NCBI GenBank assembly: GCA_964016885.1
Contig: OZ024743.1
Coordinates: forward strand, 185,628,001 to 185,692,000
Source of the DNA: Eledone cirrhosa
Lineage: Eukaryota
Direction of reading: 5' to 3'
DNA length: 64,000 nt
The translations under genes were made by a program, and so were the position numbers. Positions 13,491 to 26,169 of this stretch are shown in pieces. Position 1 is the first letter of the stretch. Every line of letters begins with the position of its first letter. The notes under the pieces are model-generated. The model was not told the DNA's origin. It did not search any database and saw only the letters and a list, made by a program, of their open reading frames with translations.

Positions 13491-14946
13491 GTATGTGTAG
13501 TAAATGAATGTTTTATAGATGTTGACAGAGATGTTTTGAATTGTGATTTATTCAGTGGTTTATGTTCATTGTGGTGTGGTAGTGTGTTTGTGGCAGCAAA
13601 TATTTGGCTTGGTGGGTGTGATGTATAAAGTTGGTCTGTCCCACATGAAGTGCTGTTTGATGTACCCTAGTGAATGAGCAATAAACCATGATAGATTTTA
13701 TTAAGGAATTACCTTCTATGAGGTTATTGATGATAAAATAGGAAAACAAGGCTGTGTTGTTGTTGCATATGCATGTGTGCAGAGAGCTCGGCAGATAATA
13801 TATATAGTTGAATGTGGACTGACCTTTGTTGAGGCACAATTGGGAGAATTGCTGCTTCCGCCTACTGGCCGAAGTGAGAATCTGTTGACAACTATATCAC
13901 TCTGCTTGCTGGAACCAACTAGTTGTGTAGTGTGTGTGTTTGAGGGACTAGAGCAGAATGAGATGATGAAGCTGGTTATCTCAGATGAACTCCAGCTGGA
14001 TAATTTCTCCAGACTGGGTGGTGCTAGGTCTTGAAAACAAAGGAAAATGAGCATCTCTGTTGCCAAGAGGTCAGCATGTGTGGTCATCTTGACCTATTTT
14101 ACCAACATGAGAACAAAAGCTCAAATTACTGTTACATATGTATGTATGAATATGTAGTGAATGTAATCAGACTGACTTCAACTTTTGTTCCCAGGCTAGC
14201 TAGGTCGGTTTTTGCGACTACACATGCTGATCTTTTGGCCTCAGGGTCATTCCGTGTCAAATCGGACATATTTCAAAAAATTATTCTGACACTCCTGTAA
14301 TAGTAACTAACATGGTTACTGCTCAGAAATGATCTACTATATGCTAAGTAACAGGAAAACAATTGTGGTTGCTTTATCTAGTGTACTTATTGAGATAAAA
14401 ATACCTAAAAGGGGCATCATGCATTTGCTGTACATTTAACTCTTGGCAATTTTCAGAGGCCTGTAGATGGAAAAATATACAAGATAAACTTTTGATAAGA
14501 TATTTGAACTCTACAGAAAAAGTTAGCCCCAAACACATGATTTCAAAGTTGTGCTTATCTTATTAGAGGAGAAATGGCTGTCTCAAGTTGGTCTGAGAGA
14601 TTCGTTCAGAAATAAAATGTAAAATTAATTAATGACTACTCATAGATATCTAGTTCCTTTTTGGGGGATTAGTGTTGCCAGGTTGTCTAGATAAATGGCC
14701 TTCTAGAAACCATCTGCAGATTGTCAGGAGATAATGCTATCCTTATATAATCAGCCCAACCACGGCTATCCAAGCAGCCAGTCCAGTCAGTTTATTCAAG
14801 TGACCAGAACAATGTAGTTGTGCATAGATTCACTCCAAACCATTGTGGTCTTGGCCTTTAGGCCAGCAAGCTTTATCAACAAAGATTAGTTAAATACAAA
14901 TTTTAATACATTTTTCCTATATTTTCACAATAACTTTGAAGTAAGT

Positions 14947-15345
14947 TATCTATATACCACTAAAATTCTGTGATTGCTTGCTTGCTTGTCTGTAATGTAA
15001 TATATCCAAAAGGGTGTATAATGGGAAAATACTTTGAAAGGAAGTTTCCCCTGAAATGGGAATATAAATGGAATAAAACAAGTTTTGTGTAAATCGAAGC
15101 ATGGGTTCATGAGATATGGGGTTTTCTGGGTACATTCATAAACAGAGAGAGAAGGATACACAGAAAGAGATAGTGGTTGTGAGAGAGTAGATTGAAAGAG
15201 AGACATAGAGAGAGGGACAGGAGTCAGAGAATGAGAATGGAAGAGAGAGAGAGAGAGCTGGTGGTGTTTTTGAATGAAATTACAACCGGTGACTTCAAAG
15301 AAATGAATACAGCATTACTGTATCCTGCTAAATAGAAAGGGTTTC
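14947..15345 (-). mobile_element. Helentron/DINE-like non-autonomous repeat (3' part)
   Basis: Reverse complement of the ACAGACAAGCAAGCAA...TTTTAGT.GTATATAGAT end shared with 38791-39403 and 46993-47662. Confidence 0.6.
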
Positions 15346-15397
15346 TAAGTGTGTGTGTATATGTATGTATGTGTGAATATATATATATATATATATA

Positions 15398-15602
15398 TCA
15401 TCATTTTCATCATTTCATTTTACGTCCGCTTTTTCCCTGCTTGCAAGGGTGGGACGGGAACTGATTCTGGCTTTATTTCTACAGCTGGATGCCCTTCCTA
15501 ACACCAACCTCATTTGCAGTGCGTGCTGGGTGCTTTTTTGCCGTGGCACCTACACGTCCACTTTGCAGTGGAATGATATGGACCTCAGTCCCTATCATCT
15601 CA
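15398..15602 (-). mobile_element. SINE family A, 3' half
   Basis: Reverse complement of the 3' half of 30834-31178 and 61134-61460. Confidence 0.8.
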
Positions 15603-15696
15603 TATATATATATATATATATATATAAACAAGGTTTAGCAAATAATGAAAAAGTTTCAAAATAAATTTTTAAAAATTGACCTTACCTACTATAGTT

Positions 15697-15781
15697 ACCT
15701 TTACCGATCGGTTTCGAATCCCAAAAATAAAACGGAGACCATACGGCCTTCGTTTGCAAAGAAAGATTCTCGTCAGAAGGT
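15697..15781 (-). ncRNA. Type I hammerhead ribozyme (inverted copy)
   Basis: Reverse complement of 15919-16003 with an intact core. Confidence 0.8.
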
Positions 15782-15918
15782 TCTTTTCATTCAAAGAATA
15801 TAAAATTCATGAATTTAAATCACAGACTAGCGCTATCAAAACTGTTCCCGGGATGAGAATGGATGATGTAGAAACAGGTTTATCAAGGGCCGAATTTTAT
15901 ATTCTTTGAATGAAAAGA

Positions 15919-16003
15919 ACCTTCTGACGAGAATCTTTCTTTGCAAACGAAGGCCGTATGGTCTCCGTTTTATTTTTGGGATTCGAAACCGATCGGTAAA
16001 GGT
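15919..16003 (+). ncRNA. Type I hammerhead ribozyme, extended stem II
   Basis: ACCTT-CTGACGA-GAATCTT...GGGATTC-GAAA-CCGATCGG-TA-AAGGT: stem I ACCTT/AAGGT, palindromic stem III, GUA cleavage triplet. Confidence 0.85.
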
Positions 16004-16402
16004 AACTATAGTAGGTAAGGTCAATTTTTTAAAATTTATTTTGAAACTTTTTCATTATTTGCTAAACCTTGTTTATATTTGTTCTGGCTCGTTAATTTAT
16101 TAACCCGCCATTGAACCACACTGGCATTTGGTTGGACAATACATGCGTACCTTAGCACCTTGTGTGTGAAGGAACACATATCCTATTACTACTACCTCCT
16201 CTAATGTTGAGAACAAATTTGGTCGTTCTGACTGCTGCTAGCGATAGCTGTGGCTGGTTTGACCTACCTCCTTCTGCCTCTATCTTTGCTTCGGCCCTTG
16301 ATAAACCTGTTTCTACATCATCCACTCTCATCCCGGGAACAGTTTTGATAGCGCTAGTCTGTGATTTAAATTCATGAATTTTATATTCTTTGAATGAAAA
16401 GA

Positions 16403-16487
16403 ACCTTCTGACAAGAATCTTTCTTTGCAAACGAAGGCCGTATGGTCTCCGTTTTATTTTTGGGATTCGAAACCGATCGGTAAAGGT
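16403..16487 (+). ncRNA. Hammerhead ribozyme copy with G8A core mutation (probably inactive)
   Basis: Same as 15919-16003 but the core reads CTGACAA. Confidence 0.7.
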
Positions 16488-16667
16488 AACTATAGTAGGT
16501 AAGGTCAATTTTTTAAAATTTATTTTGAAACTTTTTCATTATTTGCTAAACCTTGTTTATATTTGTTCTGGCTCGTTAATTTATTAACCCGCCATTGAAC
16601 CACACTGGCATTTGGTTGGACAATACATGCGTACCTTAGCACCTTGTGTGTGAAGGAACACATATCC

Positions 16668-16710
<43 letters not shown>

Positions 16711-16816
16711 AACAGGGACAAAATATATATATATATTTGAACAGGGACAAAACAGAGAGGCAGTACAACAAATGTTTATTAATTTCACGCTCTGGAGAGT
16801 GGGGTGTTGGTGGGGG

Positions 16817-16848
16817 ACGACGTTTCGGGCATAAGCCCTTCCTCAGGT
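16817..16848 (-). ncRNA. Minimal Penelope-type hammerhead ribozyme
   Basis: CTGAGGA-A-GGGC-TTAT-GCCC-GAAA-CG-TC; very short stems I and III. Confidence 0.7.
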
Positions 16849-18349
16849 GGGAAGTGTGTGGGAACAGAGTTCAGAGGGTGTGTAGGGGAGTGGCGGAGAG
16901 ACATATAGTGAAAGGAAACGGTGCGAATGAAAAAATAAAAAAATAAAGATAAAAATAAAAATAAAGCATGATCAAAATACAAGGAATGAGATAAATTAAA
17001 AAATAAAGGCATGATCAAAATAAACTGAAATTAAAAGGGGGTTAAACAGGTGGTGGAAGGGTGTGGGGTGTGTAGGGGTGGTGGCGGGTGGAGTGGGGAG
17101 AGGGAGACGGGGTGTCCGAGCGGGGAGGGCTGAAGGTGGTGTGTATGTGTAGGTGTGTGTGTGTGTATGTGAAAGTAAGGGTTGGGGGAAGAACGGGGTT
17201 GCATGTTCAGGAAGAGGTGTGTGTGTGGGGGGTTTGTGGGTCGGAGTGTCTGTGCGTGTGTGGATAGAGGGGTGGGGGGAGAGGAATCAGGAGGCTGAGG
17301 GTGTAGATATGTGGTGGAAAGCACGTGTGTGTGGGGTTTAAGCGTGTTGTGGGTGTAGGTGGCGTGTGGAGAAAAACATTTTTTGGGGTGTGTGTGTGGG
17401 TGAGTTATATAGGTGATTACGTAAGAGGATGGTTGAAAAGTTGGTAAATTCCGAAGATGTTTAGTGGATTGGTGGTTGGTCAATTTCTGCGTGTGGGTAT
17501 TCCATGAAGCGATGGTCGGAAAAGGAGAGATGTGGGGTGCGCGCGCAACAGGAAGTGGTCAGCAGTGGGAGTGCTGTGGTCTGTTTGTGCTGGGAGGTGG
17601 TCAGAGGGCATAGCAGCAGTCGGTGGAATGGTAAAGGAACGAGGATGGGTAGGTGTGAAAGTTGGAGTGAGGAGGGTGTGTGTGTGTGCATTAGTAGGGT
17701 GTTAGTGGGATGAGTGAGTGTGGAGCGAGGGTGTGGGTGGAGCGGGGAGAGAAGGGTGTGTGTGGTTCTATGGAGGGAGTGTGGTGTACTGGTGTGTGTG
17801 TAGTTTGATGAAGAGGTGTTAGTGGGTGTTAGTGTACGGGAGATGGGGAGGGGTTGAATGCAGGTGTGAGTGGGGGTTAGTGGTGGTAGGGTGTGTAGAG
17901 TTGGTGGTGTACGAGGGTGTGTGGGTACGTGTGCGTGGGGTTGGGGGGTGTTAGTGATGTTAGTTGCGTGTGGGGTGGGTGGTGTAAGTGGGTGCGTGTG
18001 TTCGTGTGTTTGGGGTCAGGGGGTGTTAGTGAGGTTAGTTGCGGGGTGGTGGGATGGAGCTGTGGGGGTGAGAGGTGTGGGGGTGAGGGTTAGTGGTGGT
18101 AGTAGGGTGTGTGTTTAGTGTGAGCGCGTGTATATATGTGCCGGTGGGTGTGTGCGTGTGATAAGGAGGGGGGAGGAGGAGAAAAGGGGAGGGAAGGGAT
18201 GTTAGTATGTTAGTTGTGGAAGGGTGGTCAGATGAGGGGTGGAGTGGAGGTGTTAGTATTGTTAGTTGTGGGGTGGGCGGTGAAAAGGAGGGGTGTGTTA
18301 GTGGGGGATAAGTGTGGGGGGAGGGGGGCGGTCGAAGGCTAAAGGAATA

Positions 18350-19061
18350 AGGGTGGGGAGTTCAGGCCGGGGGGGGGTCTGTAAGATGAAGATAGTTCGT
18401 TGTTCGACCGTAAGGCGATTGGCGGAGGTTCCGTGGCACTGGAGTAGGCCACAGACTGTGAGATGGCGTGCGGAATGTCCAGGGCCACCAAAGTGGCGGG
18501 CGATGGGGGAACTGCCCCCGAGACGAATATCCCGGAGGTGCTCCGTGACTCGGTCCGCCAGGCGACGTCCCGTCTGTCCGACATAAGTCCGACATAAGTC
18601 CGACAGAAGTCCGTAGACTAGGTTGGAGGAGGTGCAGCAGAAGGCATGCCGGACCGAGAGAGAGTGGCCGTTGGGACCCTGGAAGGTGGTGGTGTTGGTG
18701 ATGTGGGGACAGGTGTTGCAGCGGGGCCTAGAACAGGGAAAGGAACCGGGGGGGGGGAACAGAGCGTGGGTTGGGGGTAGGGAGCTGTGGACGAGGAGGG
18801 TGCGGAGATTGCGTGCGCGTTTGAAGGAGGGGTGTGGTGGGGTTGGGAAGATGTGGGAGGTAGAGGGGTCGGACTGAAGGCGTCGGAAGAGGCGGCGGAT
18901 GGTGCGGTGGAGGGGTAAGGTGGAGGGGTGGTAGGTGATGGGGGAGGGGAGACGGTGGGTGGGTGTGCGGTGGCGTGGGGTGAGGGTGGTGGAGCGGGGG
19001 ACAGCACGGGCGCGGGTGAGAGCGGTGTGGACGAGAGAGGGGGGTAACCTCTGCGGATGAA

Positions 19062-19062
<1 letters not shown>
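18350..19062 (-). pseudogene. Penelope-like ORF C-terminus (GIY-YIG endonuclease), frameshifted
   Basis: LVY at 18621-18613, YVG at 18585-18577, R..EH and GLN motifs; this frame is not in the supplied ORF track. Confidence 0.88.
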
Positions 19063-19156
<94 letters not shown>

Positions 19157-19159
19157 TGT

Positions 19160-19330
19160 AGGAACGATCGACTTTCGTCAAATCGGACCGAGGGAACAAT
19201 GTTTCCGTTGGTCTTTCCAATTGCTAATACTATCTATCGGTCGCAACTCTAGGTAGAAGGAGCAACGTGAAATAAAGTGTCTTGCTCAAGGACATAACGC
19301 ATCCCCTGGTCCAGGAATCGAACTCACAAT
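19160..19330 (-). mobile_element. tRNA/CORE SINE family C fragment
   Basis: Shares AAATCGGACC.AGGGAACAATG and the CTTGCTCAAGG core with 43760-43960 and 22520-22620. Confidence 0.65.
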
Positions 19331-19392
19331 ATATATATATATGTGTTTATCTGTCTGTGACTGGTGTATATCGGTCACAGACACCTGCATAT

Positions 19393-19429
<37 letters not shown>

Positions 19430-19735
19430 GGCCTTCCAATTTCATTTTACATTATAAACATGTCTGTGCATATGTTAATTATTTGAAAATTCATAAAATT
19501 ATATAAGTAGCTGGCAAACGCTATGAGAGACAGAGGTGGATGGAGGAAATGTGTTGTAGAAAGCCGAGCAAGCTCAACCTGATGATATAGGTAGCAGCTG
19601 TTGTTATTTGTTCATTCAATATTGGTAATGGAAAATATTTATCTTGACTTACCAAGACATACACACAGACCTTTATATGGGGGCAGATCAACTTACAGAT
19701 TCACCCATCAAGCCAATGTTTACTGCTACAAAAGA

Positions 19736-19768
<33 letters not shown>

Positions 19769-20954
19769 TGTATGATGAGATGACCCCTTAGCCTTTGTCA
19801 AGGCAGAATTCTAGGAGAAGGAAAACTCTGATATAACACCTGCAACCCTGATGGTATCCAATGATGTTGACTTGTTCTTCTTTTTGGTAAATATCATCTT
19901 GGTTAAGAGAGTGGGACTGGCTTTGTGCAGTGCCTTGGCTCACTATAAAAGCTTCACGGCACAGGCATTGCTTTATATCTGGAGATCTCTCTGCACTTGT
20001 CGTCACATCGTACCATGGGCCCAGCATTATGTGTCAATAATTGTCACAAGTGTAGTGTTTGTACCAGAGTTTTCAAGTCGCTGGCTGGACTAAAAAGTCA
20101 CACTTGTTCAATGCATCGGTAAGGGTTCTCCTACATGGATATAAAGTAGTGGCCGTACTCGAAAACGAGTTGGCAGCCACCACCATGTATGTATGTATGT
20201 TTGTATGTATATATGTATGTGTATGTATGTATGTATGTATATATGTATGATGTATGAATATATGTATACATGTATGTATGTATGAATGTATCATCATCAT
20301 CATCGTTTAACGTCCATCTTCCATCTAGCATGTATGTATGTATGTATCTATGAATGTATGTATGTATATATATATGTATTTATGAGTATGTGTATGTATG
20401 TTTGTATGTATGTATGTGTATGTATATATGTATGTGTATATATGTATGTGTCTATGAATGTATGTATGAATGTATTAATGAATGTATGTTTGTATGTATC
20501 TATGTGTGCGTGTGTGTGTGTACTCGCAATAAAGAAACACAAACTGACAGGTAGAATGTGTTAATAAACAAGTGAGAATATACTCATGTATACACACTCA
20601 GCAATCTTGTTTTGGTTTTGAAGTAGTTTACAAATACGCTTAATTGCCAGGTGTGACTCAGTTATCACAGTTTAATATTAATTTGCAGATGTGACAGGTA
20701 TCATTGTTTAACATTTTGAGGGACATATAGATTGCAAAATATACTAAAATAATGATTCATCACAACTTGAGGAAAAAAAACAAATAATGTTTTATTTATA
20801 TAGAGTTGCCCTGCAATAATGTTTTATTTGTCTTTTTGATGATCAGATTGATAAGTGGGTAGTTGTTTTTAAAGTATCACGTAATGTCTGACATAAGCAA
20901 AACTGTGTTGTTGATTGTTTGTTCTGGAGAGTAATGAAGATTGTGCTGATTATA

Positions 20955-20955
<1 letters not shown>

Positions 20956-21032
<77 letters not shown>

Positions 21033-21033
21033 G

Positions 21034-21112
<79 letters not shown>
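20956..21112. repeat. (GA)n microsatellite
   Basis: Near-pure GA run. Confidence 0.97.
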
Positions 21113-21113
<1 letters not shown>

Positions 21114-22749
21114 CTCTGCTTATTTGTGACATCTGTTTCATCTTGTGGTTGGAAGCAGACAGTCCCTTCCTCCCTACACTCCAAAGCAGAACAAGATTGC
21201 TTTCACCCTTCTTCAAGAATGTGGGAAATACTTCCAAAATTCAAAGGGGCTGAGAGATTATAAAAAGAAATTTTAGAGATGTGGGCATTTGATATTCATA
21301 GGCTTTGCCTTGGCTCTCCAAACCCCAGACCTCAGCTCATCTCTTTCACATAGCAGCAGTCATGGGTTGAGCCAAGACCAAGCGGGGCGTGGATGTTTCC
21401 TCTATATATCTTTCTTACCTTCTCTTTCTCTGGAAGAAATCAACTGTGTTCAGACCTGAAGACAGAATGGACTCCTCTAAGTTTAAAGTGGCCAAGACAT
21501 GTCATATGTCATTATGATGCTCCTATGAATCCACCAGGAGTTACAGGTCCATATATGTATACCCCCCCTCCTAAAATTGCTAACCCTGTGCCTAAATAAG
21601 CACTTCCTTTAATTGCTGTTAGGCTTTATATGCAAGAAATAGGATTAACATTTTTAAAATTAAAATATGAAAACACATTGTATTTAAGGGGCATCAGCCT
21701 TCCCCCAAAGTTGCCATGTTTTTATGCCCTCTCCATCCTATGATCTATAATGAGCATCACAATGCAATAATATATGTTTGATTATCTGAGGCCATGGCTC
21801 AGTTTCACTTATTTTCATCTATGTGATTGATGCCCTAAGAAAATATAAGAACTTCACCAGTGAGGTACTGCAATATATATTGGTGGGAGTATTTATATGT
21901 GCACGCGGGTACACACAAACACATATACTGTTGAAGACATGACTACATTCCAGTTTCAATTTCTTTATTAAAATTTAATATTTTCTAATAAGACCTCTGT
22001 AGTTTGTTTGGAACAACAATGTTCCTAGGTCTATGAATTTGTCAATGTTTCTAGACCCTCACAGTCTAATCTTCATGAGGATTGTTGGTTTATTTTTACT
22101 GTCACTTTTATAATAGGCATATGTATTCTTTTATGATTTACCTACTGGATTTTGAAACTTAAACTTGACCATTAGATTCACACATCACAAATTACGTATT
22201 CATAAAGTGTGTATGGTGTTCATGTGGCTGGTACCATAGTGGATATTGATTTGGGTGCCAAAAATTAGTCATTTATTTTTGCTCGGGATTCTGTATAATA
22301 CAGATGTATTATCTATACCTAATTTTGTTTTGTGTTGTGAATAAGTGAATAAATCCAATCCTCTTGGTTGAAGGTCATGGCTTGTCAAAAAAAACACACA
22401 CAAAAACACTGCAAATATGCTGCTGTAATATATTGCAGTTCACATGCTTTTATTTTAATGTCAACTTTAGTTGTTGTCGATCGATTCGATCGATCGACAA
22501 GATCCCAGACCTCACTCACTGATCAAGTGGAGTGGAACTCTTCAAATCGGACCAAGGAAACAATGTTTCCTGTGATCTTTCCATTTTTGATACTTTCTGC
22601 TGGTCGCAACTCCTGGCAGAGGTTGATTTAATCAATTTTTAATGTTTTTTGCATTTGACAGAATAATATACAATAAAAGTACACAAATATGAATTCATTT
22701 TAATTAAATTTATAGAGGTTCAACCACTATATCATCGTGGTAGTGGTGG

Positions 22750-25120
22750 TAGTGGCCTGTGGTGGAACAATAAGGTAGATGAGGCAATTAAGGCTAAGAG
22801 ACAGGCATGGAAAGAATGGAAGAAGGGGAGTAGCAGGGTACATTACATAGAGACCAGGAGGGAAGCTAGGTGACAAGTATACTTAGCTAGAAAGGAAGCG
22901 GAGGATAGAAAATTCAAGCATGTTTTGCAGCATGAGGACCAGAAACAGGAGGTGTTCAGGATTGCGAGGCAGTGTGTTAGAGAGAATTGTGATGTCATTA
23001 GAGAGAAGTGTGACCGGGATGATAAAGGTGAGCTTGCCCTCACAAGTGCTGAGAAGAAAGATGCGTGGAAGAGCCATTATGAAAGATTACTAAACGAGGA
23101 GAATGCATGGGAGAAAGAGACCATACCCCAAGTGGACCCTATAGAGGGGCCAGCAGTACAAGTCAGCAGCAGCGTAGTAAGTAAGGCAATTAAAGATATG
23201 GAGTCTGGGAAGGCAACCGGTCCATCGGGTATAGTTGCCGAGATGCTGAAAGCATTGGGTTGGTAAGTCACACCGTAACCACACGTATTGTTAACCAGGT
23301 AATACTAGAGGGTGTTGTACCAAAGGATTGGTGCAGCAGCATCATTGTCAACTGCTACAAGGGTAAAGGTGATGCACTAGATATAGGAAACTATAGAGGT
23401 ATAAAGCTGATGCACCAGGTCATTAAGTAACAGAAAGAGTTATAGCACAGTTGATTAGGGACTGGGAAAAACTAGATGAGATGCAATTTGGATTTGTGCC
23501 AGGAAAAGGCACCACTGATGCCCTCTTCCTTGTAAGGGAGTTACAGGAAAAGTACCTAGCTAAAAGTAAGCCACTCTACCTGGCATTCGTCGATCTTGAG
23601 AAAGCCTATGACAGAGTTCCACGTGCTGTAATCTGGTGGGCTCTTAGAAAACTAGGAGTAGATGAATGGCTTGTAAAAGCTTACAAACCATGTATAGGGG
23701 AGCAGTCAGAAAAGTTAGGGTTAGCAATGACTATAGCGAGGAATTTAGCATACATGTCGGTGTCCACCAGGGCTCTGTTCTTAGCCCTCTCCTGTTCATA
23801 ATAGTATTGCAGGCAATAACAGAGGAATTTAAGACTGGATGCCCATAGGAACTCCTATATGCAGATGATCTCACACTTATAGCTGAATCTATGGTGGAAC
23901 TAGAGAAAAAATTCCAAACATGGAAGCAGGGACTAGAAAGAAAGGGTCTCAAAGTCAACCTGACAAAGACTAAGGCCCTCATAAGTAGACGAGAAAACAG
24001 AACCCAGACTCCTCAGGGAAATGGCCTTGCTCAGTATGAAAGGTGTAGGTAGGAACTCCATCCTCTGCCCCAAATGCAAACAATGGGTACACAAGAAATG
24101 TAGTGGGATCTCAGGAAGCTTAACTAAGAATGTAGGCTTTATATGTAGCAGCTGTGCTGGGTCAGCAAGCAGCAAACGGCCACAGGAAACAAGCACCACC
24201 AAACTGTGGGAGGGCTCTGTAGAAACAGTAGACAGCTTTTTCTACCTAGACGACCGAATTAACACTGGAGGTGGGTGTTCGGAAAGTACAGTAACCAGGG
24301 TAAGAACGGGGTGGAAGAAGTTCAGGGAGCTATTGCCATTGCTAGCTGCAAAAGGCTTTTCCCTCAAAATGAAAGGCAGTGCATACGAACAGCATACGAA
24401 CAGCAATGCTACATAGTAGTGAGACCTGGGCATTGTGTGTAGAAGACTTGTGTCCATTAGAAAGAAAGCAAGCTTGCATGTTCCAATGGATGTGTAATAG
24501 TAATATACGTGAACGGCAAAGCATAAACGAATTGAGAGAGAGACTGAGCATAAGAGAAATCAAATGCTGTGTGCAGGAGAGGAGGTTGCATTGGTATGGA
24601 CATGTGATGCGTATGAAGGATGACAGCTCCATAAAAAGGTGCAGAGCACTAGCAGTCGATGGAAGCTGTGGAGTGGAGAGACCCAAGAAGACCTGGGATG
24701 AGGTGATAAAAGCCGACCTTACCCAATTGCACCTCTCAAAGGCGATGACACAGGACCGTGATCTCTGGAGTTACACAGTAATATAGAAGACCCAATTTCC
24801 CATGGGTACAAGCCGAAGCTGAAGCATATAGACGATACCCCCCGCCCCCACTGCAAAGTGGTTGTGGAGGTGGCACTGCAAAAAAGCACCCAGCCCACAC
24901 AGTAAAGTGGACGTGTAGGTGCCACGGAAAAAAAGCACCCAGCACTCACTGTAAATGAGGTTGGTGTTAGGAAGGGCATCAAGCTGTAGAAATCAAGCCA
25001 GAATCAGTTCCAGTATGAGCAAGACAAGGTCAGCCGACCGGATACTGCTCACAGCAGGACAACCCGTCTAACTGATGCTAATGTGGAAGAACGGATGTAA
25101 AACGGTGATGATGATGATGA
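22750..25120 (+). pseudogene. RTE-clade LINE, 5'-truncated, disrupted RT, 3'UTR ending in (GAT)n
   Basis: GKATGPSG, QFGFVPGKGTTDA, AFVDLEKAYDRV, GVHQGSVLSPLLF, LLYADD (~23851), RRLHWYGHVMRM; frameshifts and stops. Confidence 0.93.
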
Positions 25121-25178
25121 TATATATATACATGTGTGTGGGAGTGTGTATATATGTATATATCCATTTATCTGTCTA

Positions 25179-25381
25179 TTATTGCTTGCAAACCAGCTCT
25201 TATTTCCTGCAAACCAGACCTTATTGCTTGCAAACCACATCTTATTGTCAGCAAACCAGACCTTATTGCCTGCAAACCAGACCTTATTGCCTGCAAACCA
25301 CATCTTATTGTCAGCAAACCAGCTCTTATTTCCTGCAAACCAGACCTTATTGCCTGCAAACCACATCTTATTGTCAGCAAA
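25179..25381. repeat. 21-bp minisatellite (~9.5 units)
   Basis: TGCAAACCA(GAC/CAT/GCT)CTTATT(G/T)CC variants in tandem. Confidence 0.92.
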
Positions 25382-25643
25382 TGCTTCATTTCCTCCCACT
25401 TTCCCTTTTGGTTAATTAAAATAAAATAGACTTTGTTTTGTCACAAATGACAATTGTACACAGAATATTTTTTTTGTTCAACCCTTTTGATACCAACCTG
25501 CTCAAAACCTCTTCTGTTTCTATGAAACAAAACCATCTGCTTTAAGTGTTCCTATTTAAATTAAAACCTTCTAATATAATTTTATATAAGAACATTTGTG
25601 TATGCTACGAATATCTTCTTAATGAAATTATGACTTTAGTAAA

Positions 25644-25900
25644 TGTGGGGCTGTCGTGGGGGAGATTGCTGGAAGTTGAGGGACGCATGACCGGAAGCTT
25701 GAGGATGAGTGATGTCACATGAGGGTTCAGGCGCTACTGACTGGCCCTTTCCCTAGCAGTTCGAGTGAAGACGCGTGTTGTGAAGTGAGACTGAGAGAGG
25801 CTCTGATACTCTTAAGTCGGATGTACTGCACGTGGACAGTGGACGACTCTGCCCAAAGGGAATTGAAGACACAAGATAAGTCCAAATGCCTCCGGTTACA
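25644..25900. mobile_element. Solo LTR (257 bp)
   Basis: TGT...ACA termini, perfect 5-bp TSD GTAAA (25639-25643 and 25901-25905), GC-richer than its flanks. Confidence 0.7.
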
Positions 25901-26169
25901 GTAAACATTTCCAAAATTCCTCATCCATGATTTAAAATACAAAGTATTTCATTAGAAATACGGTAATGAAATTATAACTTCTCCACTTGTTCCACTAAGT
26001 TACTAGGAGAATAACTCACTTATTCTGGTAGCTAGCTGCATGGGGCTTTTTATCGTTAACTTTTTTAGGTTTCACCTGAAAGGAAAATCAGGGTGGAGAG
26101 GGAAGTGCTGCACTGGTGTATTTAATCATCTGTCCTGTCACAAGGACCTCAGACAAATAATACTTTCCT

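Larger units (their letters stand above)
15623..16671 (+). mobile_element. Non-coding hammerhead-bearing element (retrozyme / non-autonomous Penelope-like): 484-bp partial tandem plus 5' inverted copy
   Basis: 15892-16187 repeats at 16376-16671 (period 484); 15623-15894 is the reverse complement of ~16290-16560; (TA)n on both sides. Confidence 0.85.
16750..19062 (-). mobile_element. Penelope-like element, 5'-truncated (RT thumb, Zn finger, GIY-YIG, long CA-rich 3' region, hammerhead)
   Basis: Manual minus-strand translation gives HFIRRGYP...PSFKRARNLRTLLVHS...GSFPCSRPRCNTCPH...HAFCCTSSNLVYGLLSDLCRTYVGQTGRRLADRVTEHLRDI...EQRTIFILQT/PPGLN. Confidence 0.88.

Noticed and set aside
13520-14030. 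Second Penelope GIY-YIG remnant (MVY...HVGQT, minus strand)
   Set aside because: Only two weak motifs; too degenerate to call.
15676-16587. Repeated ORFs MTLPTIV... and MNEKNLL...
   Set aside because: By-products of the repeat structure, with non-ATG starts and overlapping the ribozymes.
17031-18350. Pro/His/Thr-rich or Gly/Val-rich ORFs
   Set aside because: Low-complexity 3' tract of the Penelope-like element.
25049-25429. Repeat protein (FAGNKVW)n
   Set aside because: A 21-bp minisatellite open in most frames on both strands, with no gene context.
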